Shown one piece after another: positions 19,993 to 29,635 of a DNA stretch of 64,000 nt (position 1 is the first letter of the stretch; each line of letters begins with the position of its first letter). Made by a program: the position numbers and the translations under genes. The stretch spans positions 15,819-79,818 of the forward strand of contig CAVPVT010000053.1 in NCBI GenBank assembly GCA_963709145.1. Reading direction: 5' to 3'. The stretch comes from Parachlamydiales bacterium. GTDB lineage: Bacteria; Chlamydiota; Chlamydiia; Chlamydiales; Parachlamydiaceae. The notes below the pieces were generated by a model. The model was not told the DNA's origin and did no database searches. It saw only the letters and a list, made by a program, of their open reading frames with translations.

Positions 19993-20498
19993 TTAGCTTG
20001 GATTAACTTTCCTGTAAACAAGATAATTAGCAAGAATCTTAAATTCAGTATTAGAAGGTTCGACCACTGTGATTACTGAATCATCGCAGAATTTCCATTT
20101 ACTATTCTCCTTTACTACCGATGTCCAATGAACCTGACCATGATTCTGGCAAAAGCCCACAAGTTCGTATTGAGCAACTTTAATTGTTTTATCTTCAAAC
20201 AAGCTTGCTAGATTAACAATGGAGTCAACAGATGGGTTCACCTGAGATGATCAAAACGAAATACTATCAACTCGGGAGGGGTTCCGACAATTTTAGTTTC
20301 TTGTGTCACATTTTTCGCCTGCATAGGAATTTTCTTAACTTCAAATTTCCAAGGATCCTTAAGTACTACTTGCTTGCTAGATTTGGCTTGATCAACTGCT
20401 TGCTGCACAGAAGTATGATTTCCCCGCAAAATGAAAACTCCCTGAGGATTTATTTCAATAAAAACCAGAAAAAACCAGAAAAAAACTAGGGAATTCAT
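19993..20498 (-). pseudogene. C-terminal remnant of a ubiquitin-specific protease (USP/UCH, peptidase C19-like), frameshifted and 5'-truncated
   Basis: ORF 20238-20498 ends PPELIVFRFDHLR (like the P-vL-i-LkRF segment). In another frame, ORF 19993-20241 reads YELVGFCQNHGQVHWTSVVKENSKWKFCDDSVITVVEP ... ANYLVYRKV, which is the His-box pattern Y-L-h-H-G ... H-W/Y ... W-FdD-V ... Y-L-Y-R. No Cys-box is present upstream. Confidence 0.4.
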
Positions 20499-20675
20499 TC
20501 AAAACTAATAGTCTTGAAGCAAAAAAAAAATAGGTATTGCTAGAGTTAGATAAATTAAAACAAAAATTACTATGGAACTCTGTACAAAAAGCCAAGAAGA
20601 TCGAGGAGGTTTGTCTAGGAAGCCAGCGAAATGACCAAAACATTCTAGAAACTCAGATCTTTTGAAATTAGCTAT

Positions 20676-21119
20676 CTATTTGCCTTTTTTCCTTTTGACC
20701 AATTCGGGAAATAATTCCTCAAATAACCAAGGACATGCTTCTGGGAAAGTTTTTTTGTCTAATCCCGTTTCAGAGGATGCCTCTAGCTTAGCAGAATAAT
20801 AAGCATCCGGCATGAATTCAGAAACATTTTTATTAAGGCTAGGATTTTTCTGGACTAATCTTCGTATTCTAAATTTTGCATTTTCAACGGAGTTTTCCCA
20901 AGAGTTGCTTCGCATGGCTGGTTGGAATTTTATCTTTAGAAGATATACAAAAAGCACAATAAGGTGGTTTTCAATGGCATTTTTCTCTGAATTCCCCAAG
21001 GATTCAATCTCCGCTATCAAATTTCTTAAATCCAATTTTTCGTATTCCTTTTTCTTTAGAAAAGTGACTTGAGTTCTTGTCCATTTGTAAAAATCATCAT
21101 CATGTGATAATGCTTCCAA
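20676..21119 (-). CDS. DUF29 family protein
   Basis: 147-aa ORF (TTG start). DDFYKWTRTQVTFLKKKEYEKLDLRNLIAEIESLGNSEKNAIENHL matches the DUF29 helical-bundle pattern. Confidence 0.65.
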   Translation of the reverse strand: MEALSHDDDFYKWTRTQVTFLKKKEYEKLDLRNLIAEIESLGNSEKNAIENHLIVLFVYLLKIKFQPAMRSNSWENSVENAKFRIRRLVQKNPSLNKNVSEFMPDAYYSAKLEASSETGLDKKTFPEACPWLFEELFPELVKRKKGK

Positions 21120-21277
21120 CTTTTCAGGGGAAACAACCGACAGCCTTTTACAAGACGCATGAATAGCTTTTTTTTCGTTTTCATAAGCTTCTATTATAGC
21201 TAATCTTTTGTTATTTAAGTTTAAGCAATTTGTATTGTCAAATTACATTTACGCTCGACTTGCGACATCAAAATTGC

Positions 21278-22137
21278 TTACATCGAGACCCATTGATAGG
21301 CATTGCCGGAATGTACCACGTGTCCAAATCCTGGAGCGGGCACATGAGCACCGCCAATTAAGATGTGTCTGTCCGCCGCTAAATCAAAGATGCGAAGCCG
21401 GCTTTCGACTGCTTTAGGTCCATTCGCATCAAAAAAGGTATAAAGAAAAGGATATTTAAACTGGATTCCTGCGCTATGGACAAGGTCACCCCACAAAAGA
21501 AGCTGTTCTCCTTCAGATGTAAACAAAAAAGCTGTATGACCCGGCGTGTGACCAGCTGTATTGACAGCTTGAATTCCTAAAATACCCGTCTCTTCAGTAT
21601 CAAGAAGACGTAAGTGTCCTTTTTCTTCATAGGGAGCTAACATTTCCCGAGCTAAAGCAAAACAAGGCTTAGCATCGTCGATAACATCCGTTTCGTTAGC
21701 GGGATTACGCCAAAAATTTGCTTCAACACTCGATAAGCAAACAGTCGCATTAAGAAAAGCGGGCTGTCCTTCAGAAGTAAGCAAACCACACATATGGTCC
21801 GGATGCAAATGAGTGATCAAAACGAAGGAAATATCTTCCGGCTTATAACCCACTTTTTTAGACTTTCATTGAGAAAGCCTGTGTTTTCTCCACAGCGCAG
21901 TCCACAGCCTGAGTCGACGAGCACCAAATGCTCTCCAGTATCCACGAGAAATCCAAAGACAGGTGTTCGTACTACTAACGGACTTATGCAGGCTATCCCA
22001 GCTTCATCCAACAATTGTTGAAAATCATCAGGATTACCATTCACAAACATATGTTGATCAAGGTCAAAGTATCCATCATACAAAGAACACACCGACCATT
22101 TTCCAAATGGGATTTTTTCTTCAGCTGTAAGATTCAC
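21278..22137 (-). pseudogene. MBL-fold metallo-hydrolase split by a single frameshift
   Basis: The N-terminal ORF (21817-22137) reads FLVDTGEHLVLVDSGCG. The C-terminal ORF (21278-21853) has the HxHxDH motif (ITHLHPDHMCGL). Adding one base to the T6 run at 21854-21859 restores ESLKKVGYKPEDISFVLITH. Confidence 0.7.
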
Positions 22138-22248
22138 AATAGAATATGTAAAAAAAAAACCAGAAAATCTTCATCCAATTTTGCAACATAAAGAACCCCT
22201 TTTGAAACAAGGAATTCTATGCAAATCTAGAATAAAATGCTCAATAAA

Positions 22249-22728
22249 TTAATTCTCTACAGTTATTTGACGAAGAGGTTTACCTTTGGGGGTAAAGAGC
22301 ATGGCTGTACCACGGAGTTGACCATGGTGGTAGTTAAGGTTTGTTTTTGGAGCGCCATTAGGATAAAAGTAGCTTTGTGGACCGTCAAGGATTCCATTGA
22401 TATAATTTTGAAGAGAATAGAGTTCACCTGTTTCATAATAATAACGGAATTCCCCATGCCGCTGTCCGTCTTTGTAGAGGCGACCTTCCACTAATAACTA
22501 ATGAGTAAGACTAAAAAAGCGGGACGGCCCATGAAGTCGACCGTTGCGGTAGTAAGTTTCTTGCCGGATTTCCCCCTTAGGATAAAGGAGAAGACACTGT
22601 CCATCTCTTTTTCCCTCTTTTTCAAGCCACCATTCAGATTCGGAATTATCCTTAGTTCCTCCACGGAGTGTATGCGTTTTCCCCACCTTCGACCCATGGA
22701 TTTTTTTGTGGGGAATTTTAACGTCCAT
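22249..22728 (-). pseudogene. MORN-repeat (YwqK-like) protein interrupted by one in-frame TAG
   Basis: ORFs 22498-22728 and 22249-22491 are in the same frame, separated by TAG at 22498-22500. Both show MORN-variant repeats (GEIRQETYYRNGRLHG; GEFRYYYETGELYSLQNYINGILDG). Confidence 0.6.
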
Positions 22729-24609
22729 CGCCTACCTCTTTCAAAGCATCTTGAATAAAAGCCCTATTGTTTTTAGCGACATTTTGCAAGAAGAGGCACT
22801 TTTCCGCCTGCAGTTCCAATTTCTGGTCTGCAATTTCCTTTTCTGGCTTGCTTTCACGGGAAAGTCGCAGCATCTTCAAACGTTGTGTCATGAGTTGCCC
22901 ATAGACTGTATTAAATAGATCCAAAATATAGTTGTATGCGGGTTCATCTGCTAGCTCTGTTTCAGCCAATGCGATCCGTCCAGTCAATAATTCTTGCGGG
23001 ACTTCATCAGTCTTCTTAATCTGTTCACGTAAATTTAAGGATTCATCAATCAAGATTTGTAGGTGCTCCACCGACCTATCCAAACTTTTGAGCATTTTCT
23101 TCATCAAGTTAATGATTCTTCGCTGAGTCACTTTTGGCATACGGGTGTTTTCGATTTCTCCATGAACACGACTGCGTAAATCCTTTGGGACTTGTAGATA
23201 CTTTGCAATCACTTTATCTAAAGGACGATTCACGATTTCAGGAATACCAATCCCCCCTTCAGTGGCATTGACAATAACAATCTCTGGATTGTTCTTAGAA
23301 AAATCGGAGATCCATTGGGCCTCGGCCACCCATTTCCAAAGGGTATAAACAGGCTTCCCATAAATATCGAGGCGTTTTATGGGTTGATTCACCTCTTCAT
23401 CAATTTCAAAAATGGCTTTTTTTGTCACACCGGCATCCTGTATTACCCCAGGAGCATACGATTGCATATCGGTATATGCGAGGTCCATGCCGACAAATAT
23501 GATCGGATTACAACCTAAAGCTTTGGCAATTTCTACACACATATTGACGACGTTAAAGCCTTCATCCAATTCAATACTTTGCAGTCCAAGTTCTTTCTCA
23601 AACCAAAAGGGTGTGTCATATCCTCCTGCGCCAGAAAGGAACAATCTAGGACCATGGATGAGTTTAAAGGCTTCATGATACATCCGATTTCGGTAGAAAA
23701 ATGGAACCTCATAAGCCCGATTTGTGCTGAGACGCTCAAGTTGAGCTGAAAATGGGTCGATCCCTGCACCAAAATGGGGCAGGATATCTCGGGAGCTTAA
23801 AGCATTGAGTGAGGAACCTCCCGCGAAAATCAAGGCGCGATCCTCGAGCCCTTTTATTTTTTCATATGTTTCGCTAATGAAGGACCTGCACCACAAATGA
23901 TGGCGGGGACTCTGGAAAATTTGCCGAAGAGTGCGTTGCCATTATAAGAGCTGCCAAGTTGAAGTAAATTTCGGTAAAAATTTTGATAAAAATAATTACC
24001 TAGACCTAGAAATTCTTGAATGGCGACATTTTTTGTGTGAGTGTCGAAAAGAAGTTTGTTTTGAAGTTCAGTAAAGCGAGTTTCTTTATGCTTTTGATAG
24101 ACGGGGAGCGCCGCGACGGCGATAGTATTGGTCATGAAAGACCAGACAAGATGCTCCAAAACCCTATCTTGGTCTTTTAGGTCAGCAAAATAATAGAGTT
24201 GCACTTGAGGATCTTTTAGAATTTTAGCGGCTTGTGCCGTCTCCATTAGCCTGCGGATCACCCTCAAATCATCTTCAAGGAAAATCAAATGATGTCCGGG
24301 ATGACTTTTGAGCCAAGGTTTTGCAGCATCATACCAATACCCTAAGCCAGACCCATAAACGTAAAGAACTTGCACTTTATCTAATGAAAGCTTGCCAAAC
24401 CTTTCTTTGGCATCTTGGAGCGGGTCTTCCGAATCATGATAAATCACTTTTTTTCCATCGATCTCCCCTTTCAAATTCAACGCTTTATTTTTTGATTCAA
24501 AAAGGATGAAATTTTCTGGATCTACATAAGGAAGCATGACAGCCGCTTTAGGGGATATCAAAGCCCACTTTTCAATATTGTGATGAAAGGCATTAACGTT
24601 TGTTTTCAT
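22718..24609 (-). pseudogene. Maf-like / DUF115 (MptE-like) putative glycosyltransferase, copy 1, frameshifted
   Basis: ORFs 23854-24609 and 22718-23896 together are collinear with copy 2 (26017-27501). The break falls at GAGPSL | SETYEKIKGLEDRALIF, one base missing near 23875. Shared motifs are VYGSGLGYWYD, LIFLEDDL and NATEGGIGI. Confidence 0.65.
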
Positions 24610-25027
24610 TTTGAATGTACTGCTTTAAGAAGCTAACTTGACTTTGCATTTGGGTAAAGGCGTCCCGTAACTTGGCGCTCATGAGTGCGATCTGTTGATC
24701 TAGGGTTCTTCGCATAGCGGGAGATTTCCAGATCTGCTCTTTATTGGCATCCCCCTTCAAGCCGGTCAATTCTAGCATGGTGGCCGTTGAACCTTTAAGC
24801 GTTTCTAACTCCTCTTTGACTTGTTCTACAGCGGCTTTCATCTCTGGCAAACTATTGGGGTCTTTAGACAGGGTTTCTGACAATTGGATGACCTGCAATA
24901 GTACAGATTCTATCGCATCAGTCAAAATTTGTATTTTCTTGGTCATTTTTTCGAAAAACCCTTCTTTTTCAAGTTCTTCTAAATCCAGTTCTTCCCCTTG
25001 CGTACTCCAGCGACGTTCCGCTTTCAC
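24593..25027 (-). CDS. coiled-coil hypothetical protein; its N-terminus runs on from the decayed MORN repeats upstream
   Basis: 144-aa ORF with a GTG start. An internal ATG at 24946 (MTKKIQ...) is an alternative start. The upstream reading frames contain MORN repeats ending in ...WHENGALRKEIEFNESGEVKAERRW, which joins this ORF. Confidence 0.4.
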   Translation of the reverse strand: MKAERRWSTQGEELDLEELEKEGFFEKMTKKIQILTDAIESVLLQVIQLSETLSKDPNSLPEMKAAVEQVKEELETLKGSTATMLELTGLKGDANKEQIWKSPAMRRTLDQQIALMSAKLRDAFTQMQSQVSFLKQYIQNENKR

Positions 25028-25552
25028 CTCTCCCGATTCATTAAATTCGATTTCTTTTCTAAGAGCACCATTTTCATGCCATTCCTTGGTGCTTCCGCTG
25101 GGTGTGTCATTTTTATAGTAGGCCTCAAAAAGTTTTTGTCCTGTAGGTAAAATATACCGGTCGACGCCGTCCCTTTTTCCCTGGGAAAATTGGATTTCCC
25201 TTTAATAAGTCCGGAAGGGTAATGCAACTTAACCGTCCCATCTAGAAGGCCGTTAACGTAAGGGATAACACTCTTGAGGTTGCCATCAGGGTAGAAATAG
25301 CTTGCACCCCTTCTTTTTGATTATCCTTATAAACTTCCCGTGCGATAAATTGGCCATTAAGATAATAGAAGAAGGCTTTTCCTTGCGCCTTAAGCCATCC
25401 ACGAACCATGTACGGCTTAATACTTGCCCACTTTCACCATAGGCAGTCGAATGGCCGTTAATTTGTCGTCAGTGTAATATTCTTCTAAAATGATTTTTTA
25501 AGCCGGTACGTAGCGGCCGAACTTCCATTCCAAGGCTTAGGGCGAATCCCAT
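25028..25552 (-). pseudogene. decayed MORN-repeat coding region (at least 5 frame changes)
   Basis: Manual three-frame translation gives MORN pieces in different frames: GKAFFYYLNGQFIAREVYKDNQKEG, GASYFYPDGNLKSVIPYVNGLLDGTVKLHYPSGLIKGKSNF and GKRDGVDRYILPTGQKLFEAYYKNDTPSGSTKEWHENG. Confidence 0.45.
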
Positions 25553-25599
25553 TTTAGATCATCAACGGCAATAAAGGATTGATATTAATTTAAGTCCAA

Positions 25600-26016
25600 G
25601 TTCAGCTTATCTTAAATCGGCCTTGTATATCATTCAGGTGCTCAATGTCGAAGTCGTTTTTGGGAAATTCATATTGGACAGGAGTATTTTCAATGGATTG
25701 CTTTAGATAGCGAAGATGTGAAGGCCATCTTAATATATTGTGCATGCATACATAAATGTTTGGTAATGAAACAAGACTCGCGTAGGATGTTCAGACTGGG
25801 GATCTGTCTTAGTTTCGGAGGCTTCTTGGATGATATCGATAAATATGTCTAATTTTTTAAGCAGTTCCCCTGCCAGAGCTTTGTAGGCATCTTGACTGTC
25901 AAGTTTTTTAAAAGTTCTTCAGGAACTCATCGGTCGCTTTATGATCATCGATCATTTTTAAGACTTCAATCATATTAATACGTAGATCGTCGAGATTTCC
26001 GCGAGATTGGCATTTG
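25600..26016 (-). pseudogene. decayed C-terminal tail of Maf-like copy 2
   Basis: Copy 2 stops ~135 aa short of copy 1. Downstream frames read NLDDLRINMIEVLKMIDDHKATDEFLKNF, LDSQDAYKALAGELLKKLDIFIDIIQEA and HLRYLKQSIENT. These loosely parallel the copy-1 tail (SLDRSVEHLQILIDESLNLREQIKK; LADEPAYNYILDLF; LFLQNVAKNN). Confidence 0.35.
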
Positions 26017-27501
26017 TCATTTTTTCAGGCGGCGGTTCCGTTGAGCGGCTGCATGGATCAATGAATGGATATCGATCGAACGGGTTAGGTAGGTGTTAAT
26101 CGCCTCTTCAAAAGCGATATTTTGAACATTCAGGAATCCGATCCCTCCCTCGGTACAATTGATAAGCTTGAAGTAGGGATTTTGTTTCGAAAACATGGTA
26201 AACCAATAAGATTCTGCAATCCATTTCCAAAGGGTTAAGGTGTCTTTGCCGTAAATATCTTTATGGATAATCAGTTCTTCAGATTCCGATTTTGTGGTGA
26301 TCGTCGATTTTTCCTTGTGAATGGCATGGGATTCGATTCCTGGGGCATAAGAAACTCCTCCAGTATAGGCCAAGTCTTGTCCGATAAGGATAATGGGATT
26401 GCAACCGAGATGTTTTGCTAAGCTGACAGAGAAATTCACAACGTTAGCGCCGGTATCGAGTAGCTCAGTTGACATTCCTAATTTGGACTCTAACCAAGCC
26501 CCTGTCGTATAACCTCCGCTATTACAGACATAAAAAGTAGGGCCGTGCACAGCATTAAAGGCTTCCACATTTACCCTTAAAGTATAAATAAAAGGGGTTT
26601 CAAAGGCAGTATTCATAATGAGTCGGGTAAATTGCGGTGTAAAAGGGTCGACACTTATGCCAAAATGGGGATAAAGGTTATGGGCATTTAAAGAATTCAT
26701 AGCGCTCCCTCCACCAAAAATCACAGCTTTATCGGAGAGCTCTTTTAAATGGTCGAACTGTTTTGAAAGAGAGGGTCCAGCTCCACAAACAATGGCAGGA
26801 ATATCCTTAAAGTAGTTTTTCATGTCGGAAAAGATATAGGAAGCAGGGAACTTAAACACATTGCGAAAAAATTGGCTGTAAAAGATACGTCCGTAATCCA
26901 AATATTCCAGATGTTGAACTTCGAGCCAGTGTTTGTAGAATTCAAACTTAAATTGGATAAGAACATAGGATTCAGATCGGCGCTGAGAATATTCTCGTAG
27001 TGCTGTGATATGGACTTTTTTTAAGAGAAGCTTTTTAACCGCATTATAAAAATCTTCATCCGTCGAATATTTGGGATGGATGGGTAAAAGAAGAACTTGA
27101 GGGTCATCCAGCAAGTCTGTGGCTTCCGGAAGCTCAAGAAAGGTTCTTAGAAGGAATAAATCATCTTCAACAAAAAGGATTAAGCGGAAGGGTCTTGCCC
27201 TTAGCCATTCCTTAGCAACTTTATAATAATAGCCCAAGCCTACTCCGTAAATGACAATGACTTCAGTCGTGGCAAGGTCGATAGAATTTAACCATTGTTC
27301 GGCTTCGGCGAATGGATTTTCAGGGCTATAAAGATAATAATCTTTTCCTTCAATGGTCCTTTTTAAGTTGCGGATTTTGAAAAATCCTGTTTCACAGATT
27401 TTCCAGAAAGAGGGTTTTAAAGTGTCGAAAACAGGTGCAAATTTCGGGCAATTTTTTAAAAATAACTCGTAATTTTTTTTATAAGTAGGATTTTCAGCCA
27501 T
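26017..27501 (-). CDS. Maf-like / DUF115 (MptE-like) putative glycosyltransferase, copy 2 (C-terminally truncated)
   Basis: 494-aa ORF, paralogous to copy 1 along its length (IYGVGLGYYYK; ILFVEDDL; AIVCGAGPSL; NCTEGGIGF). The layout is that of motility-accessory-factor-type proteins. Confidence 0.7.
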   Translation of the reverse strand: MAENPTYKKNYELFLKNCPKFAPVFDTLKPSFWKICETGFFKIRNLKRTIEGKDYYLYSPENPFAEAEQWLNSIDLATTEVIVIYGVGLGYYYKVAKEWLRARPFRLILFVEDDLFLLRTFLELPEATDLLDDPQVLLLPIHPKYSTDEDFYNAVKKLLLKKVHITALREYSQRRSESYVLIQFKFEFYKHWLEVQHLEYLDYGRIFYSQFFRNVFKFPASYIFSDMKNYFKDIPAIVCGAGPSLSKQFDHLKELSDKAVIFGGGSAMNSLNAHNLYPHFGISVDPFTPQFTRLIMNTAFETPFIYTLRVNVEAFNAVHGPTFYVCNSGGYTTGAWLESKLGMSTELLDTGANVVNFSVSLAKHLGCNPIILIGQDLAYTGGVSYAPGIESHAIHKEKSTITTKSESEELIIHKDIYGKDTLTLWKWIAESYWFTMFSKQNPYFKLINCTEGGIGFLNVQNIAFEEAINTYLTRSIDIHSLIHAAAQRNRRLKK

Positions 27502-27508
27502 GATAGAC

Positions 27509-27955
27509 CTACATCCTTTTCCACTTGTCGCCGCCCATTTTCCGAAATTTACTTCGTCTTTTTACGACGGCACGTTTTTTGCCCTTAGGAGACTTTTGAA
27601 AGACTTTTACGGTATCACCCGCTTTTATTTTATCGGCAAGCTTTTGTAAAACAAAACGGATCCCTTCCGCGTCCCAACGCAATTTGACGGCTTTCAACCA
27701 GGTTTCTTTTTGTTTTTCTGTAAGATTTTGGGGGATCTTGAAAGGATTTCGATTTTGCGCATCGACGTTGATTCCGATTTTTTTAGCATCGCTTTCAACT
27801 TTTTCTTTAAATTGCAAAACAGCATTTTCGAGAAAGTTAAGCCTTTCAACAACATCGGGTGGAATTTTTTTAATCGGTTTGCTTGCATTCTCCTGCGCCA
27901 ATTGCATAAACTCAGACATCTCGCGGAGAATGTCATCGATAGGATCTTTTTTCAT
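27509..27955 (-). CDS. hypothetical protein with a strongly basic C-terminal tail
   Basis: 148-aa ORF ending 8 nt upstream of Maf-like copy 2. The tail reads KGKKRAVVKRRSKFRKMGGDKWKRM. I recognise no domain. Confidence 0.5.
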   Translation of the reverse strand: MKKDPIDDILREMSEFMQLAQENASKPIKKIPPDVVERLNFLENAVLQFKEKVESDAKKIGINVDAQNRNPFKIPQNLTEKQKETWLKAVKLRWDAEGIRFVLQKLADKIKAGDTVKVFQKSPKGKKRAVVKRRSKFRKMGGDKWKRM

Positions 27956-28034
27956 TTGAAATCCTTATAACTATTTTAATGATATCTTATATTTATTATA
28001 CTTTCAATTTTACTTATATACGTAGCTTGAGCAT

Positions 28035-28334
28035 ATGGCTGTTAAAATTGCTTCGGTAAATGAAATCCCTGAGGGAAAAGGGATTGTTATCCAAGTTGAA
28101 TCGGGAAAAGAGATGGCCCTTTTTAAAATTAATGGGGAGATCTTTGCCCTGGATAATTTATGCCCTCATATGGGTGGTCCTCTAGGGGAAGGTGAGCTGG
28201 AAGGGGCTTGCTTAACTTGTCCCTGGCACGGTTGGCAATTTGATGTCCGTTCTGGCACTTGTGAAAATATGCCTGGAGATGATGCTACAAAAATCGAGAT
28301 TGTCGTTAAAAATGATGAGGTGTATTTGAAATGA
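28035..28334 (+). CDS. Rieske [2Fe-2S] domain protein (NirD-like small subunit type)
   Basis: 99-aa ORF with both Rieske boxes (CPHMGGPL and CPWHGWQF). Confidence 0.8.
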   Translation: MAVKIASVNEIPEGKGIVIQVESGKEMALFKINGEIFALDNLCPHMGGPLGEGELEGACLTCPWHGWQFDVRSGTCENMPGDDATKIEIVVKNDEVYLK

Positions 28335-28785
28335 GCGTTTCATACGTAGACAATCCGTTCTGAAACCGGTATTTCTGTCCATCATACCAGCCTAATCGAA
28401 TTTCTTCCTGATTGGCTACCGCAATGTAGTAAGCTTTGACAAAGTGGTTATAGCTGACCACTTGGTTAATAACGGCTTGATTTAAGGGCACTGCTTTGCA
28501 TTCTATTAAGAGTAATGGATATAAAGCATGTAAAGGGTGGATGCCAGGAGCAAAACTGATAAGATCTGCGCGTCGAACGGGAAGTTTTTGTTTGGAATTA
28601 ATATGAGGCATCTGCTTTAAGGCTTTTTCCACAGCGATGCCTGAAGCAGGATACCCCATTTCATCGATTAATTGTGTTAAAAGGGCCTGCCTTACCTTTT
28701 CTTCAGGTAAAGCGGCAACCCATTCCTTCCGTAGCCGGCAATATAGTTTTTCAAGCTTCGGTTTCAATAACTCCATAATGGCCAT
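28306..28785 (-). CDS. type I restriction enzyme HsdR N-terminal-domain-like (PD-(D/E)xK) protein
   Basis: 159-aa ORF. The pattern VRQALLTQLIDEMGYP ... RRADLISF ... LLLIECKA is typical of stand-alone HsdR_N domain proteins. Confidence 0.55.
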   Translation of the reverse strand: MAIMELLKPKLEKLYCRLRKEWVAALPEEKVRQALLTQLIDEMGYPASGIAVEKALKQMPHINSKQKLPVRRADLISFAPGIHPLHALYPLLLIECKAVPLNQAVINQVVSYNHFVKAYYIAVANQEEIRLGWYDGQKYRFQNGLSTYETLISNTPHHF

Positions 28786-29395
28786 CTTTACGTCGGTAGA
28801 TTACCTTGATTTTACGGTCTTCTTCAGAACGATAGATATGAAAAACATCGTGCGAAAGATCCATTCTCATTACGGCTTCTTCTTGAGTCAAGGTTTTGAG
28901 AGGCATGTTTTCTTGATTGACAACCTTATGAGGCTGATAAGACTGCAAAATGACTTTATCCGTTTCCTCTTCGATGCCGTCATTAATATCATTGATTTCA
29001 TCGGAGGATTGCCTTTCGATAATATTCACATTCATAGAACTGCTGGCAACATTGCGAGCTTGATGGTCCCTCAGCTTGGTTTTATATTTAAGCAATTGTT
29101 TTTCTAGCTTATTCACTGCCATATCCACAGAAGCATACATATCAGTGCTGACAGCTGAGCCGAATATTTTGATATTATTGACTCTAAGGGTAATCTCACA
29201 TTTTTGATCGGCGCGCTGTATATCCAAGATGACATTTACATTGATGATTCTATCTGTAAACTTTTCAATCCTGGAGATTTTATCTTGGACAAAATTCTTG
29301 ATGGCGTCAGTCAAAACCACATTGCGCCCTGTGATATTGAATTGATACCCTTCTTGTACAAATTCAGCAGCTTTAGCTTTGCGATTCATAGACAC
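28751..29395 (-). CDS. hpf: ribosome hibernation promoting factor, long form
   Basis: 214-aa ORF with an N-terminal RaiA/HPF fold (NITGRNVVLTDAIKNFVQDKISRIEKF ... MYASVDMAVNKLEKQLLKYK). It carries the C-terminal dimerisation extension. Confidence 0.85.
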   Translation of the reverse strand: MSMNRKAKAAEFVQEGYQFNITGRNVVLTDAIKNFVQDKISRIEKFTDRIINVNVILDIQRADQKCEITLRVNNIKIFGSAVSTDMYASVDMAVNKLEKQLLKYKTKLRDHQARNVASSSMNVNIIERQSSDEINDINDGIEEETDKVILQSYQPHKVVNQENMPLKTLTQEEAVMRMDLSHDVFHIYRSEEDRKIKVIYRRKDGHYGVIETEA

Positions 29396-29464
29396 ACCTC
29401 TTTTTAAGTTGAATGTCTTGTAATTCTTATTATAACTCTCTTAAAAGGTTAGGACTAGAAAAAA

Positions 29465-29537
29465 CGCACCGAAGAGGGCTCGAACCTCCAACCACCCGGT
29501 TCGAAGCCGGGTACTCTATCCATTGAGCTATCGGTGC
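29465..29537 (-). tRNA. tRNA-Arg (anticodon UCG)
   Basis: The cloverleaf folds by hand: acceptor GCACCGA/TCGGTGC, anticodon arm CCCGG-CUUCGAA-CCGGG, T arm GGAGG-TTCGAGC-CCTCT. No encoded CCA. Confidence 0.9.
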
Positions 29538-29635
29538 AGAACTTGGTATAATAGAGGATTCAACGATTTATGGATAGCTCAGCAATTGCTGGGTAATAGA
29601 ATGAGTTCAGTTAGCCTGGAAAATGGAAAGAGCTT

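Noticed and set aside
19731-20033. 100-aa minus-strand ORF across the fic upstream region
   Set aside because: It runs through the terminator hairpin and both palindromic boxes and overlaps the fic start and the USP-like remnant. It has no motif.
29571-29610. tRNA-like fragment (GGATAGCTCAGCAATTGCTGGGTA)
   Set aside because: Only a D-arm-like stretch is present. I could not fold an acceptor stem, anticodon arm or T arm.
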